From: an uncultured Candidatus Rokubacteria bacterium
Lineage (GTDB): Bacteria > Methylomirabilota > Methylomirabilia > Rokubacteriales > CSP1-6
Reading direction: 5' to 3'
Length of the DNA stretch: 64,000 nt
Assembly (NCBI GenBank): GCA_963762145.1
Contig: CAVXJS010000007.1
Coordinates: forward strand, 32,001-96,000
Shown here: positions 9,879-21,241 of the stretch, piece by piece
How the letters are laid out: each line of letters opens with the position of its first letter
Numbering within the stretch: the first letter of the stretch is position 1
Position numbers and translations under genes: made by a program
The notes under the pieces: generated by a model
What the model saw: only the letters and a program-made list of their open reading frames with translations
Told to the model about the DNA's origin: nothing
The model's database searches: none

Positions 9879-10867
9879 TGCCCATCGACATCGCCCTGAC
9901 GTCGCTCGCGATGCCGCTCTCCGAGTTCCCCGCGATGGCCCGCGAGGCGGAAGAGCGGGGCTACCGCACCGCCTGGGTGGGCGAGGCCTCGGGCGCGGAA
10001 GCCATCGTGCTGTCCACCCTGATCGCGACGCACACCCAGACGATCAAGATCGCCAACGGGGTCATCCCGGTGCAGACGCGCACCCCGATCGTGTACGGCC
10101 AGGCCGCCGCGACGCTCGGACACCTGGCTCCGGGCCGCTTCGCCCTCGGCCTCGGGCTCTCCAGCGAGATCATCGTGGGGCAGTGGCACGGCCTGCCGTT
10201 CGCGCCTTCCATCCAGCAGATGCGGGAGGCGGTGCAGATCATCCGGATGGCCGCGGCGGGCGAGCGGGTGAACTTCGAGGGCAAGTTCTACCGGCTCAAG
10301 AACTTCCGGCTCGCGATTCCCGCCCCGTCGCTGGCGCCGCGGATCTATCTCGCCGCGCTCGGCCCGCGGATGTGCGAGCTGGCCGGCGAGGTGGCGGACG
10401 GCGTCCTGCTCAACTGGATCCCGCCCTCCGCGGTCCCCGCGTCGATGGCCCACGTGGAGGCGGGGGCCAAGCGCGCGGGGCGGAGCCTGGCGGACGTGGA
10501 CGTCGCGGTGTACGTCCGCACCTGCGTCACCGACGAGCCCGAGCCGGTGCGGGAGACGCTGGCCCGCGACATCACCGGCTACGCGATCGTGAGCGTCTAC
10601 GCCCGCTTCTTCGAGGAGTGTGGCTTCGCCGAGGAGGTGGAAGCGGTCAACCGCGCGTGGAAGGCGGGCGACCGCGCCGGCGCGGTCAAGGAGATTTCCC
10701 CCCGGGTGCTCGAGGGCCTGGGCGCGGTGGGATCGGCCGAGGCGTGTCGCGAGCAGATGGCGGCCTTCGCGCGTACCGGGGCGATCCCGGTGGTGCTGCC
10801 CTTTGCGCCGCCCGGCCCCGGCGCGCGCGCCTCGCTCCTGCGTACGTTCCGCGCGTTCCCGGCATGA
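9878..10867 (+). CDS. LLM class flavin/F420-dependent oxidoreductase
   Basis: AWVGE, GRFALGLG, IYLAALGPRMCELAGEVADG. Confidence 0.92.
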   Translation: MPIDIALTSLAMPLSEFPAMAREAEERGYRTAWVGEASGAEAIVLSTLIATHTQTIKIANGVIPVQTRTPIVYGQAAATLGHLAPGRFALGLGLSSEIIVGQWHGLPFAPSIQQMREAVQIIRMAAAGERVNFEGKFYRLKNFRLAIPAPSLAPRIYLAALGPRMCELAGEVADGVLLNWIPPSAVPASMAHVEAGAKRAGRSLADVDVAVYVRTCVTDEPEPVRETLARDITGYAIVSVYARFFEECGFAEEVEAVNRAWKAGDRAGAVKEISPRVLEGLGAVGSAEACREQMAAFARTGAIPVVLPFAPPGPGARASLLRTFRAFPA

Positions 10868-11737
10868 AGCCCGCCCCGTTCGAGTATCACCGGCCGGCGT
10901 CGCTCGCGGAGACGTTCGATCTCCTCGATCGGTACGGCGACGACGGGCGCATCCTCGCCGGGGGCCAGAGCCTCGTGCCCACGCTCAACATGCGCCTCGC
11001 CACGCCGCGCGCGGTCATCGACATCAACCGCCTGCCCGGCCTCGACGCCATCCGCGTGACGCGCCGACGGGCTCGTCGATCGGCGCGCTCGCGCGGCAGG
11101 AGGCGCTCGAGCGCTCGCCGCTCGTGCGCGAGCACGCGCCGCTCATCGCGACGGCGATGCCCGCACGTCGGCCACGCGGCGATCCGGGCGCGCGGCACCA
11201 TCGGTGGCAGCCTCGCGCTGGCCGATCCCGCCGCCGAGCTGCCCGCCTGCGTGGTCGCGCTGGACGCGACGATCCGGTCGTCGGCCGCCGCGGCGGGAGC
11301 GGGACATCGCGGCCGCGGACTTCTTTCGCGGCATCTACACGACCGCGCTCGAGCCGGGGGAGATCGTCACCGCGATCCGGTGCCGCGCGCCGCCGCCGGA
11401 TGGCGCTGGGGGTTCGAGGAGCTGGCGCGCCGCCACGGCGACTTCGCCCTCGCGGGCCTGGCCGCGGGTGCGAGGCGCACTCGAGCGGCGAGAGCGGTGT
11501 GCCGAGGCTCGGCTCGTGTTCTTCGGCGTCGGCACGAGGCCCGTGCGCGCGCGGCGCTGCCGAGGCCGCGCTGGTCGGCCGGCGCGCGGACGCGGAGGCG
11601 CTCGCCGCGGCCGGCCGGGCGCTCGACGGCGACCTCGATCCGCCCGGCGACATCCACGGCTCGCCGGCCCTGCGCCGGCATCTGGCCCGCGTGCTGCTCG
11701 CGCGCGTCGTGGGCCGGCTCGCGGAGGGCGGTCGTGA
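10864..11737 (+). CDS. Xanthine dehydrogenase/CoxM-family FAD subunit; multiple frameshifts
   Basis: MKPAPFEYHRP, AGGQSL, RGTIGGSLALADPAAELP, RRHGDFA. Confidence 0.9.
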
Positions 11738-12230
11738 AGATCGCGCTGACCGTCAACGGCGCGCCGATGACGCGCGACGTCGAGGGGCGCCAGAACCTGG
11801 TCGACTTTCTCCGCTACGACCTCGGGCTCACCGGCTCGCACGTCGGGCTGCGAGCACGGCGTGTGCGGCGCGTGCACCGTGCGGGTGGACGGCACGCCGA
11901 TCCGCGGCTGCCTGATGCTCGCCGCCCAGGCCGACGGCTGCCGGGTGGAGACGATCGAGGGCGTCGCCGAGAGCGGCGCGATCGCCGACCTCCAGCACGC
12001 GTTCCGCGCGGAGAACGCGCTCCAGTGCGGCTTCTGCACGCCGGGCATGCTGCTGACCGCGCACGGAGCTGCTCGAGCGAGAACCCCGATCCCGATCCGG
12101 CGGCCATCCGCGAGGCCATCGGCGGCAACTACTGCCGCTGCACGGGCTATCACGCGATCGTCCAGGCGGTCCTGGGCGCGGCGCGGAGCCGATCGGCGCA
12201 AGGCGCCGGCCGCGGGCCGACCTGCGACGC
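11734..12230 (+). CDS. CoxS-family 2x[2Fe-2S] subunit; frameshifted, 3' end unclear
   Basis: GCEHGVCGAC, QCGFCTPG, GNYCRCTGY across frames. Confidence 0.88.
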
Positions 12231-12239
12231 CGCACCCAC

Positions 12240-14609
12240 GCCGGCCGCTCCCGGAGAACGGCAGCTATATCGGCCGCTCGGTGGTGCGGCCCCAGACCGC
12301 GCGGCTCGTCGCGGGACGCGGCACGTACACCGACGACGTGGCGGTGATCCCGCGCCTCCTGCACGCGGCCTTCGTGCGCTCGCCGCACGCCCACGCGCGC
12401 ATCGCCGGATCGACACCGCGGAGGCGGCGGCGCTGCCCGGGGTGGTCGCCGTGGTGACCGGCCGCGAGATGGCCGCGCACTGCGAGCCGTGGGTGGGCGT
12501 GCTGAAGAACTACGCGGGCATGAAGTCGGCGCCCCAGTATCCGCTGGCGCTGGACAAGGCGGTGTGGCAGGGCGAGCCGGTGGTCGCGGTGGTGGCGGAG
12601 TCGCGCGCCCTCGCGGAGGACGGCTGCGCGCGCGTGCGCGTGACGTGGGAGCCGCTGCCGCCGGTGGTGGACGCGGAGGCCGCGCTCGCGCCCGGAGCGA
12701 CGCTCATCCATCCGGAGCTCGGCGACAACCTCGTGCTCGAGACGCGGATCAAGTCGGGCGACGTGGACGCGGCGTTCCGATCGGCCGACGCGGTGTACCG
12801 GGACACCTTCGACACCGGCCGCCACACCGTGGTCAGCCTGGAGCCGCGGGTCGTGCTGGCGGACTACGACCGGGCCGACGAGACGCTGACCGTGTACCAC
12901 TCGGGCCAGGCGCCGTACATGCTCCACGACATCCTGTCGCGCCATCTGCGGATCCCCGAGCACCGCGTGCGCGTGATCAACAAGGACGTCGGCGGCTCGT
13001 TCGGGCTCAAGATCCACACGTATCCCGACGAGATCGCGACCTGCGCGCTGGCGGTGATGCTCGGCCGGCCCGTGAAGTTCCTCGCCGACCGCATCGAGTC
13101 GTTCCAGACCGACATCCACTCGCGCGACCACCGCGTCACCGCGGAGGTCGCGGTCAAGCGCGACGGGACCATCCTCGCGATGCGCCTCGACGACCTGGCG
13201 CCGGTCGGGCCCTTCTCGATGTACCCGCGCTCGAGCGTGGTCGAGTGCGGCCAGGTGCTGCGCACGACGCCCGGCCCCTACCGCTTCCGCGACTACGAGG
13301 CGCGCGGCCGCGTGGTGCTTCCAGAACAAGACGCCGATGTCGCAGTACCGCGCGGTCGGCCACCCGGTCGCCGCGCTCGTCATGGAGGCGATGGTCGATC
13401 GCGTCGCGCGCGAGCTCGGCGCTCGATCCGGTCGAGGTGCGCCGCCGGAACCTCCTGACCGCCGACATGTACCCGTACACCGCGCCCACCGGGCTCTTCT
13501 TCGAGAAGCTCTCGCACGAGGAGTCGCTCGACGCGGTGCTGGAGCTGGCGGGCTACCGCGCGCTCTGCGCGGAGCGCGATCGGCTGCGCGCGCAGCGGCG
13601 TCTACCGCGGGCTCGGCCTCTGCGTGTTCATCGACCTGACGGTGCCGGGCGCCCAGACCTACGGCACCGGCGGGGCGCGCATCTCGTCGCAGGACGGCAC
13701 GACGATCCGGCTCGAGCCGAGCGGCAAGCTGACGGTGCATCTCGAGCGTGACCGAGCAGGGGCAGGGGACCGACACCATCCTCGCCCAGGTGGCGGCGGC
13801 GACGGTGGGCGTGGCGATCGAGGACGTGCGCGTGGTGACGGGTGACACGATGGTGACGCCGTACGGCGGCGGCACCTGGGGCAGCCGCGGCGCGGGCATC
13901 GGCGGCGAGGCGACGATCCTGACGGGCAAGGCGCTGAAGGAGAACATCCTGAAGGTCGCCGCGGTCGTGCTCGAGGTGGACGCGCTCGCCCTCGACGTCC
14001 GGGGCGGGCAGATCGTCGACGCGCGGACCGGCGAGTCGCGCATGCCGCTCTCCGAGCTCGGGCGCGTGGCGTACTTCCGCCCGGATCACGCTGCCGAAGG
14101 ACTTCCAGTCCGAGCTGACGGTGACGCGGCACTACGTGCCCCGCCATCAGCCGCTCGCCTACACGAACGGCGTGCAGCTCTCCTACGTCGAGGTCGACGT
14201 GGAGACCGGGTTCGTGAAGCTCCTCGGCCACTGGGTGGCGGAGGACTGCGGCCGCATCATCAACCCGATGCTGGTGGACGAGCAGGTGCGCGGCGGCGTC
14301 GCCCACGGCATCGGCGACGCGCTCTTCGAGCACTGCGTCTACGACGAGCAGGGCCAGCTCCTGACGACGACGATGATGGACTACCTCGTCCCGATGGCGG
14401 TGGAGATGCCCGACATCGGGGTCGCCCACGTCGAGACGCCGACCGCCTACTCCGAGGGCGGCTTCAAGGGCGCGGGCGAGGGCGGCGTCGCGGGCGCGCC
14501 CGGCGCGGTGCTCAACGCGGTCAACGACGCGCTCAGCCCCTTCAAGGCGCGCGTCACCCGCGTGCCCATGACCCCCGAGGTCATCCTGCGCGCCCTCGGC
14601 AAGCTGTAG
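12240..14609 (+). CDS. CoxL/XdhA-family molybdopterin subunit; multiple frameshifts, start unclear
   Basis: YIGRSVVR, RSPHAHARI, DVGGSFGLK, QYRAVGHP, QGQG, GTWGSRG, INPMLVDEQVRGG, KGAGEGG. Confidence 0.9.
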
Positions 14610-14626
14610 AAGGGTTTCCTCCTCTC

Positions 14627-14690
14627 CCCTCTCCCCTCCGGGGAGAGGGCAGGGTGAGGGGTCGGAGGGTGAGGGTCAGAGGCTGAGGGG
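14627..14690. repeat. REP-like palindrome with GGGTGAGGG tails, left flank of Uma2
   Basis: CCCTCTCCCC-TCC-GGGGAGAGGG (14627-14649), then CAGGGTGAGGGG and two degenerate tail copies. Confidence 0.85.
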
Positions 14691-14714
14691 CCGAGCTGTC
14701 AGACCCTCGCGACA

Positions 14715-14744
14715 TTGACGCCCACTCCGTCGCCGCGCTAGCCT
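14715..14744 (+). promoter_or_regulatory. Putative sigma70 promoter giving a leaderless Uma2 mRNA
   Basis: TTGACG-N18-TAGCCT, ending 6 nt before the ATG at 14751; no SD sequence. Confidence 0.45.
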
Positions 14745-14750
14745 CCACGC

Positions 14751-15329
14751 ATGGAGACCTACCCCACCCGTCTCCGCCGCTGGACCCGAGCCGAGTACGC
14801 ACGCCTGATCGAGGCCGGCATCTTCCAGCCGGGCGAGCCGGTCGAGCTGCTCGGCGGGGAGCTGATGGTCAGCGAGCCCCAGGGCAGCGCGCACTACACG
14901 GCGATCGGCCTCGTGGAGGACGCGCTCCGCGCCGTGCTCGGACGGGGTTGGCTGATCCGATCCCAGGGGCCCATCGCGCTCACCGACGACTCCGAACCGG
15001 AGCCCGACGTCGCGGTGACCCGCGGCACCCGGCGCGACTACCGCGACGAGCACCCCGCGCGCCCCGCGCTCGTCGTCGAGTTCGCCGAGTCCAGCCTGGC
15101 GCTCGATCGTGAGCACAAGGGGAGCCTCTACGCGCAGGCAGGAGTGGCCGAGTACTGGATCCTGAACCTCGCGGCTCGGGTGCTCGAGGTATACCGCGAG
15201 CCGCGTGTGGATCCCACTGCCCGCTTCGGGTGGCGGTACGGGTGGACCGATGTGCTGTCCTCCGGGTCGTCGGCCGCACCGCTCGTGGCGCCGGGGGCAC
15301 GGATCTCGGTGGCGGAGCTGCTGCCGTAG
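14751..15329 (+). CDS. Uma2 family (DUF820) PD-(D/E)xK endonuclease
   Basis: VELLGG, EPEPDVAV, LVVEFAESS...D...K...YAQAGVAEYWILNL. Confidence 0.93.
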   Translation: METYPTRLRRWTRAEYARLIEAGIFQPGEPVELLGGELMVSEPQGSAHYTAIGLVEDALRAVLGRGWLIRSQGPIALTDDSEPEPDVAVTRGTRRDYRDEHPARPALVVEFAESSLALDREHKGSLYAQAGVAEYWILNLAARVLEVYREPRVDPTARFGWRYGWTDVLSSGSSAAPLVAPGARISVAELLP

Positions 15330-15427
15330 CCCCTCACCCCGAGAGCCCCTCACCCCGGCCCTCTCCCCAGAGGGGAGAGGGAGAAGTCATCACCCTCTCC
15401 CCTCTGGGGAGAGGGGAGGGTGAGGGG
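15330..15427. repeat. Inverted doublet of REP-like palindromes, right flank of Uma2
   Basis: CCCCTCACCCC twice, CCCTCTCCCC-AGA-GGGGAGAGGG (15359-15381), CCCTCTCCCC-TCT-GGGGAGAGGG (15393-15415), then GAGGGTGAGGGG. Confidence 0.88.
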
Positions 15428-15432
15428 AGGTT

Positions 15433-16142
15433 CTAGACTCCGAGGTAGCGGCGGCGGGCCTCCGCGTCGCCCGCGAGGTCGCGTGAGCGGGCCTCGTGCT
15501 TGATCATGCCCTTCTCGATCACGTAGACGCGCTGGGTGGCCTCGAGAGCGAGCCGCGTGTTCTGCTCGACCAGGAGCACCGCGACGCCCTGGCGCTGGAT
15601 CTCGAGTGATGGTGCGGCCGATCGTCTCGACGAAGGCGGGCATGAGGCCCTCGGTGGGCTCGTCGATGAGCAGGAGCTTGGGGTTCGGTGCCGAGGCTGC
15701 GCGCCATCGTCAGCATCTGCTGCTCGCCGCCGCTCAGCGTCTTGCCCTTGTTGGAGAGGCGGTCGGCGAGGGGCGGGAAGAGCTCGACGCACCCGCGCCA
15801 GGTACTCGTCCATGCGCCGGCCGCCGTCGGTGGTGAGGCGCGCCATCTTGAGGTTCTCGTACACGCTCAGGTTGGGGAAGATCCGCCGCTCCTCGGGGAC
15901 GTAGCCGATGCCCGCGCTGCACGATGCGGTAGGGCGGCAGGGCCGTGATGTCGTCGCCGTTCCACGTGATGCGGCCCCGGCGCGCGCGCACGCACCGCCA
16001 TGATCGTCTTGAGCGTCGTGGTCTTGCCGGCGCCGTTGCGGCCGAGCAGCGCGACCGCCTCGCCGGCCTCGACGGTGAGGGACACGCCCTGCAGCACGTG
16101 GCTCAGGCCGTAGTAGGCGTCGACGCTCTCGACTCGGAGCAT
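15433..16142 (-). CDS. Branched-chain amino acid-type ABC ATPase (LivF-like); frameshifted
   Basis: GRNGAGKTT, LSGGEQQML, DEPTEGL, LLVEQN. Confidence 0.9.
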
Positions 16143-16153
16143 GGGTCGCCGCC

Positions 16154-17910
16154 TCAGTCCCGGAGGTAGACGCGGCGCACGTCGGCGTTCTCGCGGATCT
16201 CGGCCGGGCTGCCCTCGGCGAGGATCTCGCCGTAGTTGAGCACGGTGATGCGGTCGGAGATGCCCATCACCACCTCCATGTCGTGCTCCACCACCACGAT
16301 CGTGACGTGGCCGGCCAGCCGGCGCACGAAGGCGGCGGTGCGCTGGGTCTCGTCCGGGCTCATGCCCGCGGTCGGCTCGTCGAGCAGGAGGAAGTCCGGG
16401 TCGGTGGCGAGCGCGATGCCGATCTCCAGGTACCGCTGCTCGCCGTGCGAGAGCTCGCGGCGCGCGCGTGCCGCTTGGCGGACAGGCCCAGGTGCCGGAG
16501 GATCTCCTCCGCGCGCGCGTTCACCGCGGTGAGCCCGTCCGCGTTGCCCCAGAAGCGGTAGTGGGTGACGCGCGACTGGGCCGCGATGCGCACGTTCTCG
16601 AAGACGGTGAGGTCGCCGAAGATGTTCGTCACCTGATAGGAGCGCGCGATGCCGAGACGCGAGACCGCGTGCGCGGGCAGCCCGGTGATGTCCCCGCCCT
16701 TGAACACGATGCGGCCGCCCGACGGCGGGCAGCACGCCGGTGAGGAGATTGAAGAACGTGGTCTTGCCCGCGCCGTTCGGCCCGATGACCGAGCGCAGCT
16801 CGCCCTCGCGCACCTGGAAGTCGACGCGGTTGACCGCGGTGAGGCCGCCGAAGGTCTTGGTGAGGCCCTGGCTCTCGAGGAGCTGCCCGTCTTCCGGCCT
16901 CGGCCGGCGGCGCGCGCCGACCAGCCGCTCGGGCTCCAGGACCTGGTCGCCCTCGGCCGGAACCGCCGCCGGCGCCCGGCGGCAGGCGACGAGCCGGGTC
17001 AGGCTGCCCACGATGCCGTCGGGGAGGAAGAGGACGATCAGCACGAAGGCGCCGCCGACGAAGACCTCCCAGTACTCGAGGTACTTGCTCAGGAAATCGC
17101 GCATCCAGATGAAGACGCCGGCGCCGACGAAGGGGCCCAGCAGCGTGCCGGTGCCGCCGAAGAGCGTCATGATCAGGACGATGCCCGACATGCTGCCAGT
17201 GGATGTTCTCGATCGGCACGAACTCGAGCACGACCGTGAGCAGCGCGCCGGCGAGACCCGAGAACAGGCCCGAGATCGCGAAGGCGGCGAGCCGCACGCG
17301 GCGGGTGTCGTAGCCGCACGCGGCCGCGCGCGTCTCGTTGGCCTTCACCGCGCGCATCACGCGCCCGAGCGGCGAGCGGAGCAGGTGGCGGATCGCGAGC
17401 ATCGCGAGGAAGATGCACGCCGCGATCACGTAGTAGCGGGTGATCGGCCGCTTGGAAAGCCGCCAGCCGAGCGGATCGCTCAGGTAGAGGATCGGCAGGT
17501 TGCCGAGGCCGTCGGTGCCGCCGGTGACCGGCGTCCACATGAGCACGACATAGTAGAAGACCTGCGACAGCGCCAGCGTGAGCATCGCCAGATAGACGCC
17601 GCGCTTGCGCAGGACCAGGACGCCGAGGATCAGCGAGGTGAGGAGGCCCCCGACCGCCCCGGCCAGGATGCTCAGCTCGAGCGGGAGATGGTAGCGGGCG
17701 AGGAGGATGCCGGTGACGTAGGCGGCCACGCCGAGGAACGCGGAGTGCCCGAGCGAGAGCACGCCCGGCGTGGCCGAGCAGCACGTCGTAGGCCAGGGCG
17801 AAGAGCCCGAAGACGAGGACCTCGGTGAGCAGGCCGAGGTAGAACGGCGTGTAGTCGGCGTAGAGCGGCGCCGTGGCGAGCACCAGCGCGGCCAGGACCA
17901 GGCCTTTCAC
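16154..17910 (-). CDS. Fused LivM-like permease and LivG-like ATPase; frameshifted
   Basis: LSLGHSAFLG, SPLGRVMRAVKANE, LFLPDGIVG, then in frame GPNGAGKTT, LSHGEQRYLEI, LLDEPTAGM. Confidence 0.85.
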
Positions 17911-18813
17911 TCCTCGGACATCCCCTCCTGGCCGAAGAGTCCCCGGGGGCGGACGAGCAGCACGAGGGCCATCGCGAGGTAGATGACGACGTCCGCGAGC
18001 ACGTCGTAGACCATGCCGGTCAGCGCCAGCGTCTGGCCGATGAGGAGCCCGCCCGCGACGACCCCCAGGAAGCTTCCCATCCCGCCGACCACCGTGACGA
18101 TGAAGCACTCGATGAGGACGAGGCCGCCCATCTCCGGCGCGACCGCCACCAGCGGCGCGGTGATCACGCCCGCGAAGCGCGGCGAGCGCCGCGCCGAGCG
18201 CGTAGGTGATGGTCCACGTGCGCGCCACGTTGATGCCGAGGAGCTGCACCATGAGGTTGTCGCTGGTCCCGGCGCGGATCACGAGGCCGAGATTGGTCTT
18301 GTTCAGCAGGAGCCACAGCAGGGGCAGCAGCACGGCGGTGACGAGCAGGATGAAGACGCGGTAGCCGTGGACGTCGAGTGGCGCCGAGCCGGAACAGCGA
18401 GCCGGTGAGGACCTCCGGGACCGCGAACGGCTTGCCGGGGCGGCCGAAGGTCATGCGCACCAGGTCGGGGATCATGATCGCGAGGCCGTAGGTCACCAGC
18501 ACGCCGGCGAAGTTCGCGTTCTTGGTCCCGTAGATGCGCTTGAGCACGCCGCGCTCGACGAGGGCGCCGACCAGGCCGACCGTGAGCGGGCGCGGTGACC
18601 AGGGCGAGCCAGAAGCTCCCGGTGAGCTGCACGGTGAGCCAGCCCGCGTAGGCGCCCAGCATGTAGAAGATCCCATGGGCGAAGTTGATGATGCCCATGA
18701 GCCCGAACACGATGGACAGGCCCGAGCGCGACGAGGATCAGGATGCAGCCGTTCACCAGGCCGATGAACAGCTGCGTGTACCAGATCTCGAGCGGAAAGC
18801 CGAAGAGCGTCTC
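17907..18813 (-). CDS. LivH-like ABC permease; frameshifted, start unclear
   Basis: GLMGIINFAHG, LGLVIRA, VVGGMGS, LLVRPRGLFG. Confidence 0.88.
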
Positions 18814-20077
18814 AGATCTGCTGGCTCAGAGGCTTCTTCGGATCGAAGCCCTCGCCCTCGCACGACTCGGCGATCGTCTCGCCGCTCACGCCTGCACGAT
18901 GTCGAAGAAGTCCCACGCGTCCTTCATCGCGGCGGCCGGCTTGCCCTTGCAGAGGTACACCTCCTGGATGTTCACGTGGTCGCAGGCGCGGATCTGCTCG
19001 GGGCCCTTGAGGTACTGGAACTTCCGGCCCTCGAGCGCGCGGGTGACCTTGTCGGTCTCGAGCGATTTCACCTCGTTCGCGGTCTCGAGCAGCACGCGCA
19101 CCGTGGAGTAGGTGGACGCCGTGTACCCGCTCGGGGCGCGCTTGCGGAGCGCGCAGTGCCGGTCGTAGTAGCTTCTTGGCCGCCGGGTACTTGTCCTTGA
19201 GGTGCCAGTACCACGGCATGCCCGACGTAGAAGTTCTCGTAGACGCCCGTGCCGGCGGCCTCCGCGAAGGTGAGCTCGGTGATGGAGTGGATGACCTGCG
19301 CCTGCTTGGCGAGCCCGAACTCCTGCACCTGCTTGGCGCACGCCACCTGGTCGGCGGCCCACGTCGTGATGAAGACGACGTCGGCCTTCGCCGCGGCCAC
19401 CTTCGGCAGGAAGGGCAGGAAGTCGCGCGTGCCGAGCGGCGCCCACGTCACGCCCGTCCACTCGGCGCCGACCTGCTTGGCCACCAGCGAGTAGGCGCGC
19501 TCGAACATCTGCGGCCACGAGTAGTTGTTGGCGAGCATGTGCCACTTCTTGCCCATCTTCTGCTGGCGTCGACGAAGTGCGCCGCGGCGGCCGCGGTCTG
19601 GTAGGGCGTGAGGTTGTTGCCGAACTGGTACTTGCACATCTTGCCCTTGACGGTCAGGAAGTTCTGGCCGAAGAAGCTGACGATCACGTCGTTCTTGCAG
19701 CCCGACCTCCGCCATCGCGATGCCCTCGAAGCCGACGATGGCCCCGACCAGGAACGGCGCCTTCTCCACCTCGATCAGCTCGGTGGCCTTGCGCTTGGCC
19801 ACCTCGGGCTTGAACTCGGAGTCGCGGATGACGGTCTCGACCTTCCGGCCCATGACGCCGCCCGTCGGCGTTGACGTCCTCGACCGCGATCTGGGTGGCG
19901 GCGAGCATCTCCTGGGCCTCGAGCGCCATCGGCCCGGTCATCGGGCACCACGACGCCGAGCTTGAGCGCCTGCTGGCCGAGGGCCAGGCGGTTCACGAAG
20001 GGGAAGCCGGAGACCGCGCTGGCCGCGCCGGCTCCGGCGAGGGTCTTGAGGATCGTTCGCCGCGTCGTGGGATTCAT
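18812..20077 (-). CDS. Branched-chain-type ABC substrate-binding protein with Tat signal; frameshifted
   Basis: MNPTTRRTILK twin-arginine signal, GRKVETVIRDSEFKPE, PLGTRDFLPFL, IRACDH. Confidence 0.88.
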
Positions 20078-20203
20078 CGTGGTCCCTCCGCTCTGAGGGG
20101 CGCGAGATGTGAGGCTGACGCGACAGCTTATATCACGCGCGCCGCGGCGGCGTCCACTCCCGGCCCCCGCGACGCTGTGGTAGGCTCCGCGTGGAGATCG
20201 GCC

Positions 20204-21217
20204 TTGCCCAGGGACCTGCACTTCGGCCTCATCCTCGCCCTCACGATCCGCGGCCTCGCGGTGACGTCCTACGAGGACATGCGCCGAGTGGCCGGCCTCG
20301 CCGAGGATCTGGGCTTCGACTCGGTCTGGCTCTGCGATCACTTCCTCACCCTGGCGCCCGACGCCTACGTCGAGGACGCGGGCATCGCGGGACGCGCCGG
20401 GGGCGGGGCCCGCGGGGCCGAGACCCGCTCGATGCCGCTGCTCGAATGCTGGACCGCGCTCTCCGCGCTCGCCCGGGACACCACCCGGCTCCGCCTCGGC
20501 ACGAGCGTGCTGTGTCATTCCTACCGGTCGCCCGCGGTGCTGGCCAAGATGGCGGCGACCCTGGACGTGATCAGCGACGGGCGGCTCGACCTGGGCCTGG
20601 GCGCCGGGTGGTTCGAGCAGGAGTACCGCGCCTACGGGATCCCGTTCCCTCGCATCGGCGAGCGGATCGACCAGCTCGCGGAGGGAGTCGAGATCATCCG
20701 GCGCATGTGGACGGAGGCGCACCCGCGCTTCCAGGGCCGGCACTACACGATCGACGGGGCGTCGTGCGATCCGCCTCCGCGCCAGCGGCCGCATCCGCCG
20801 ATCTGGATCGGCGGGGAGGGCGACCGGGTGCACCAGCTGGCCGCGCGCGCGGCCGACGGGGTCAACGTGCGCTGGTGGGGCCCCGACCGGATCGCGGGGC
20901 GAGCCGGGTATCTCGACGCGGCGTGCCGGGAGGCGGGGCGCGATCCGGCCGCGCTCGCGCGCTCGGTCACCGCGCTGCTGATCGCGGATACCGACGCGGG
21001 GCGGGCCGCCGCGACGCGCGAGCGCTTCGCGGGTATCCCGGGCGAGGGGCACGTGGCGGGCACGCCGGAGGCGTGCGTGGCGCGCGTGCGGGAGTACGTC
21101 GAGGCGGGCGTGCGCCACTTCCTGTTCACGATCCCGGACGTGGCCTCGAGCCCCGCCCTCGAGCTGGTCGGGCGCCGGGTGCTCCCGGCGCTGCGCCAGG
21201 AGTTCGCGGCTCCCTAG
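20204..21217 (+). CDS. LLM class flavin/F420-dependent oxidoreductase
   Basis: [41 protein letters not shown]; TTG start after GGAG. Confidence 0.92.
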   Translation: MPRDLHFGLILALTIRGLAVTSYEDMRRVAGLAEDLGFDSVWLCDHFLTLAPDAYVEDAGIAGRAGGGARGAETRSMPLLECWTALSALARDTTRLRLGTSVLCHSYRSPAVLAKMAATLDVISDGRLDLGLGAGWFEQEYRAYGIPFPRIGERIDQLAEGVEIIRRMWTEAHPRFQGRHYTIDGASCDPPPRQRPHPPIWIGGEGDRVHQLAARAADGVNVRWWGPDRIAGRAGYLDAACREAGRDPAALARSVTALLIADTDAGRAAATRERFAGIPGEGHVAGTPEACVARVREYVEAGVRHFLFTIPDVASSPALELVGRRVLPALRQEFAAP

Positions 21218-21241
21218 ATGCCAGCGAGAAAGGACGGCGGC

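Noticed and set aside
10864-14609. Aerobic CO dehydrogenase (coxMSL)
   Set aside because: Lacks the AYXCSFR motif and has no cox accessory genes nearby.
14627-15427. CRISPR array or classical IS element
   Set aside because: No regular repeat-spacer period, no cas genes, no DDE or HUH transposase motifs, and no evident target-site duplication.
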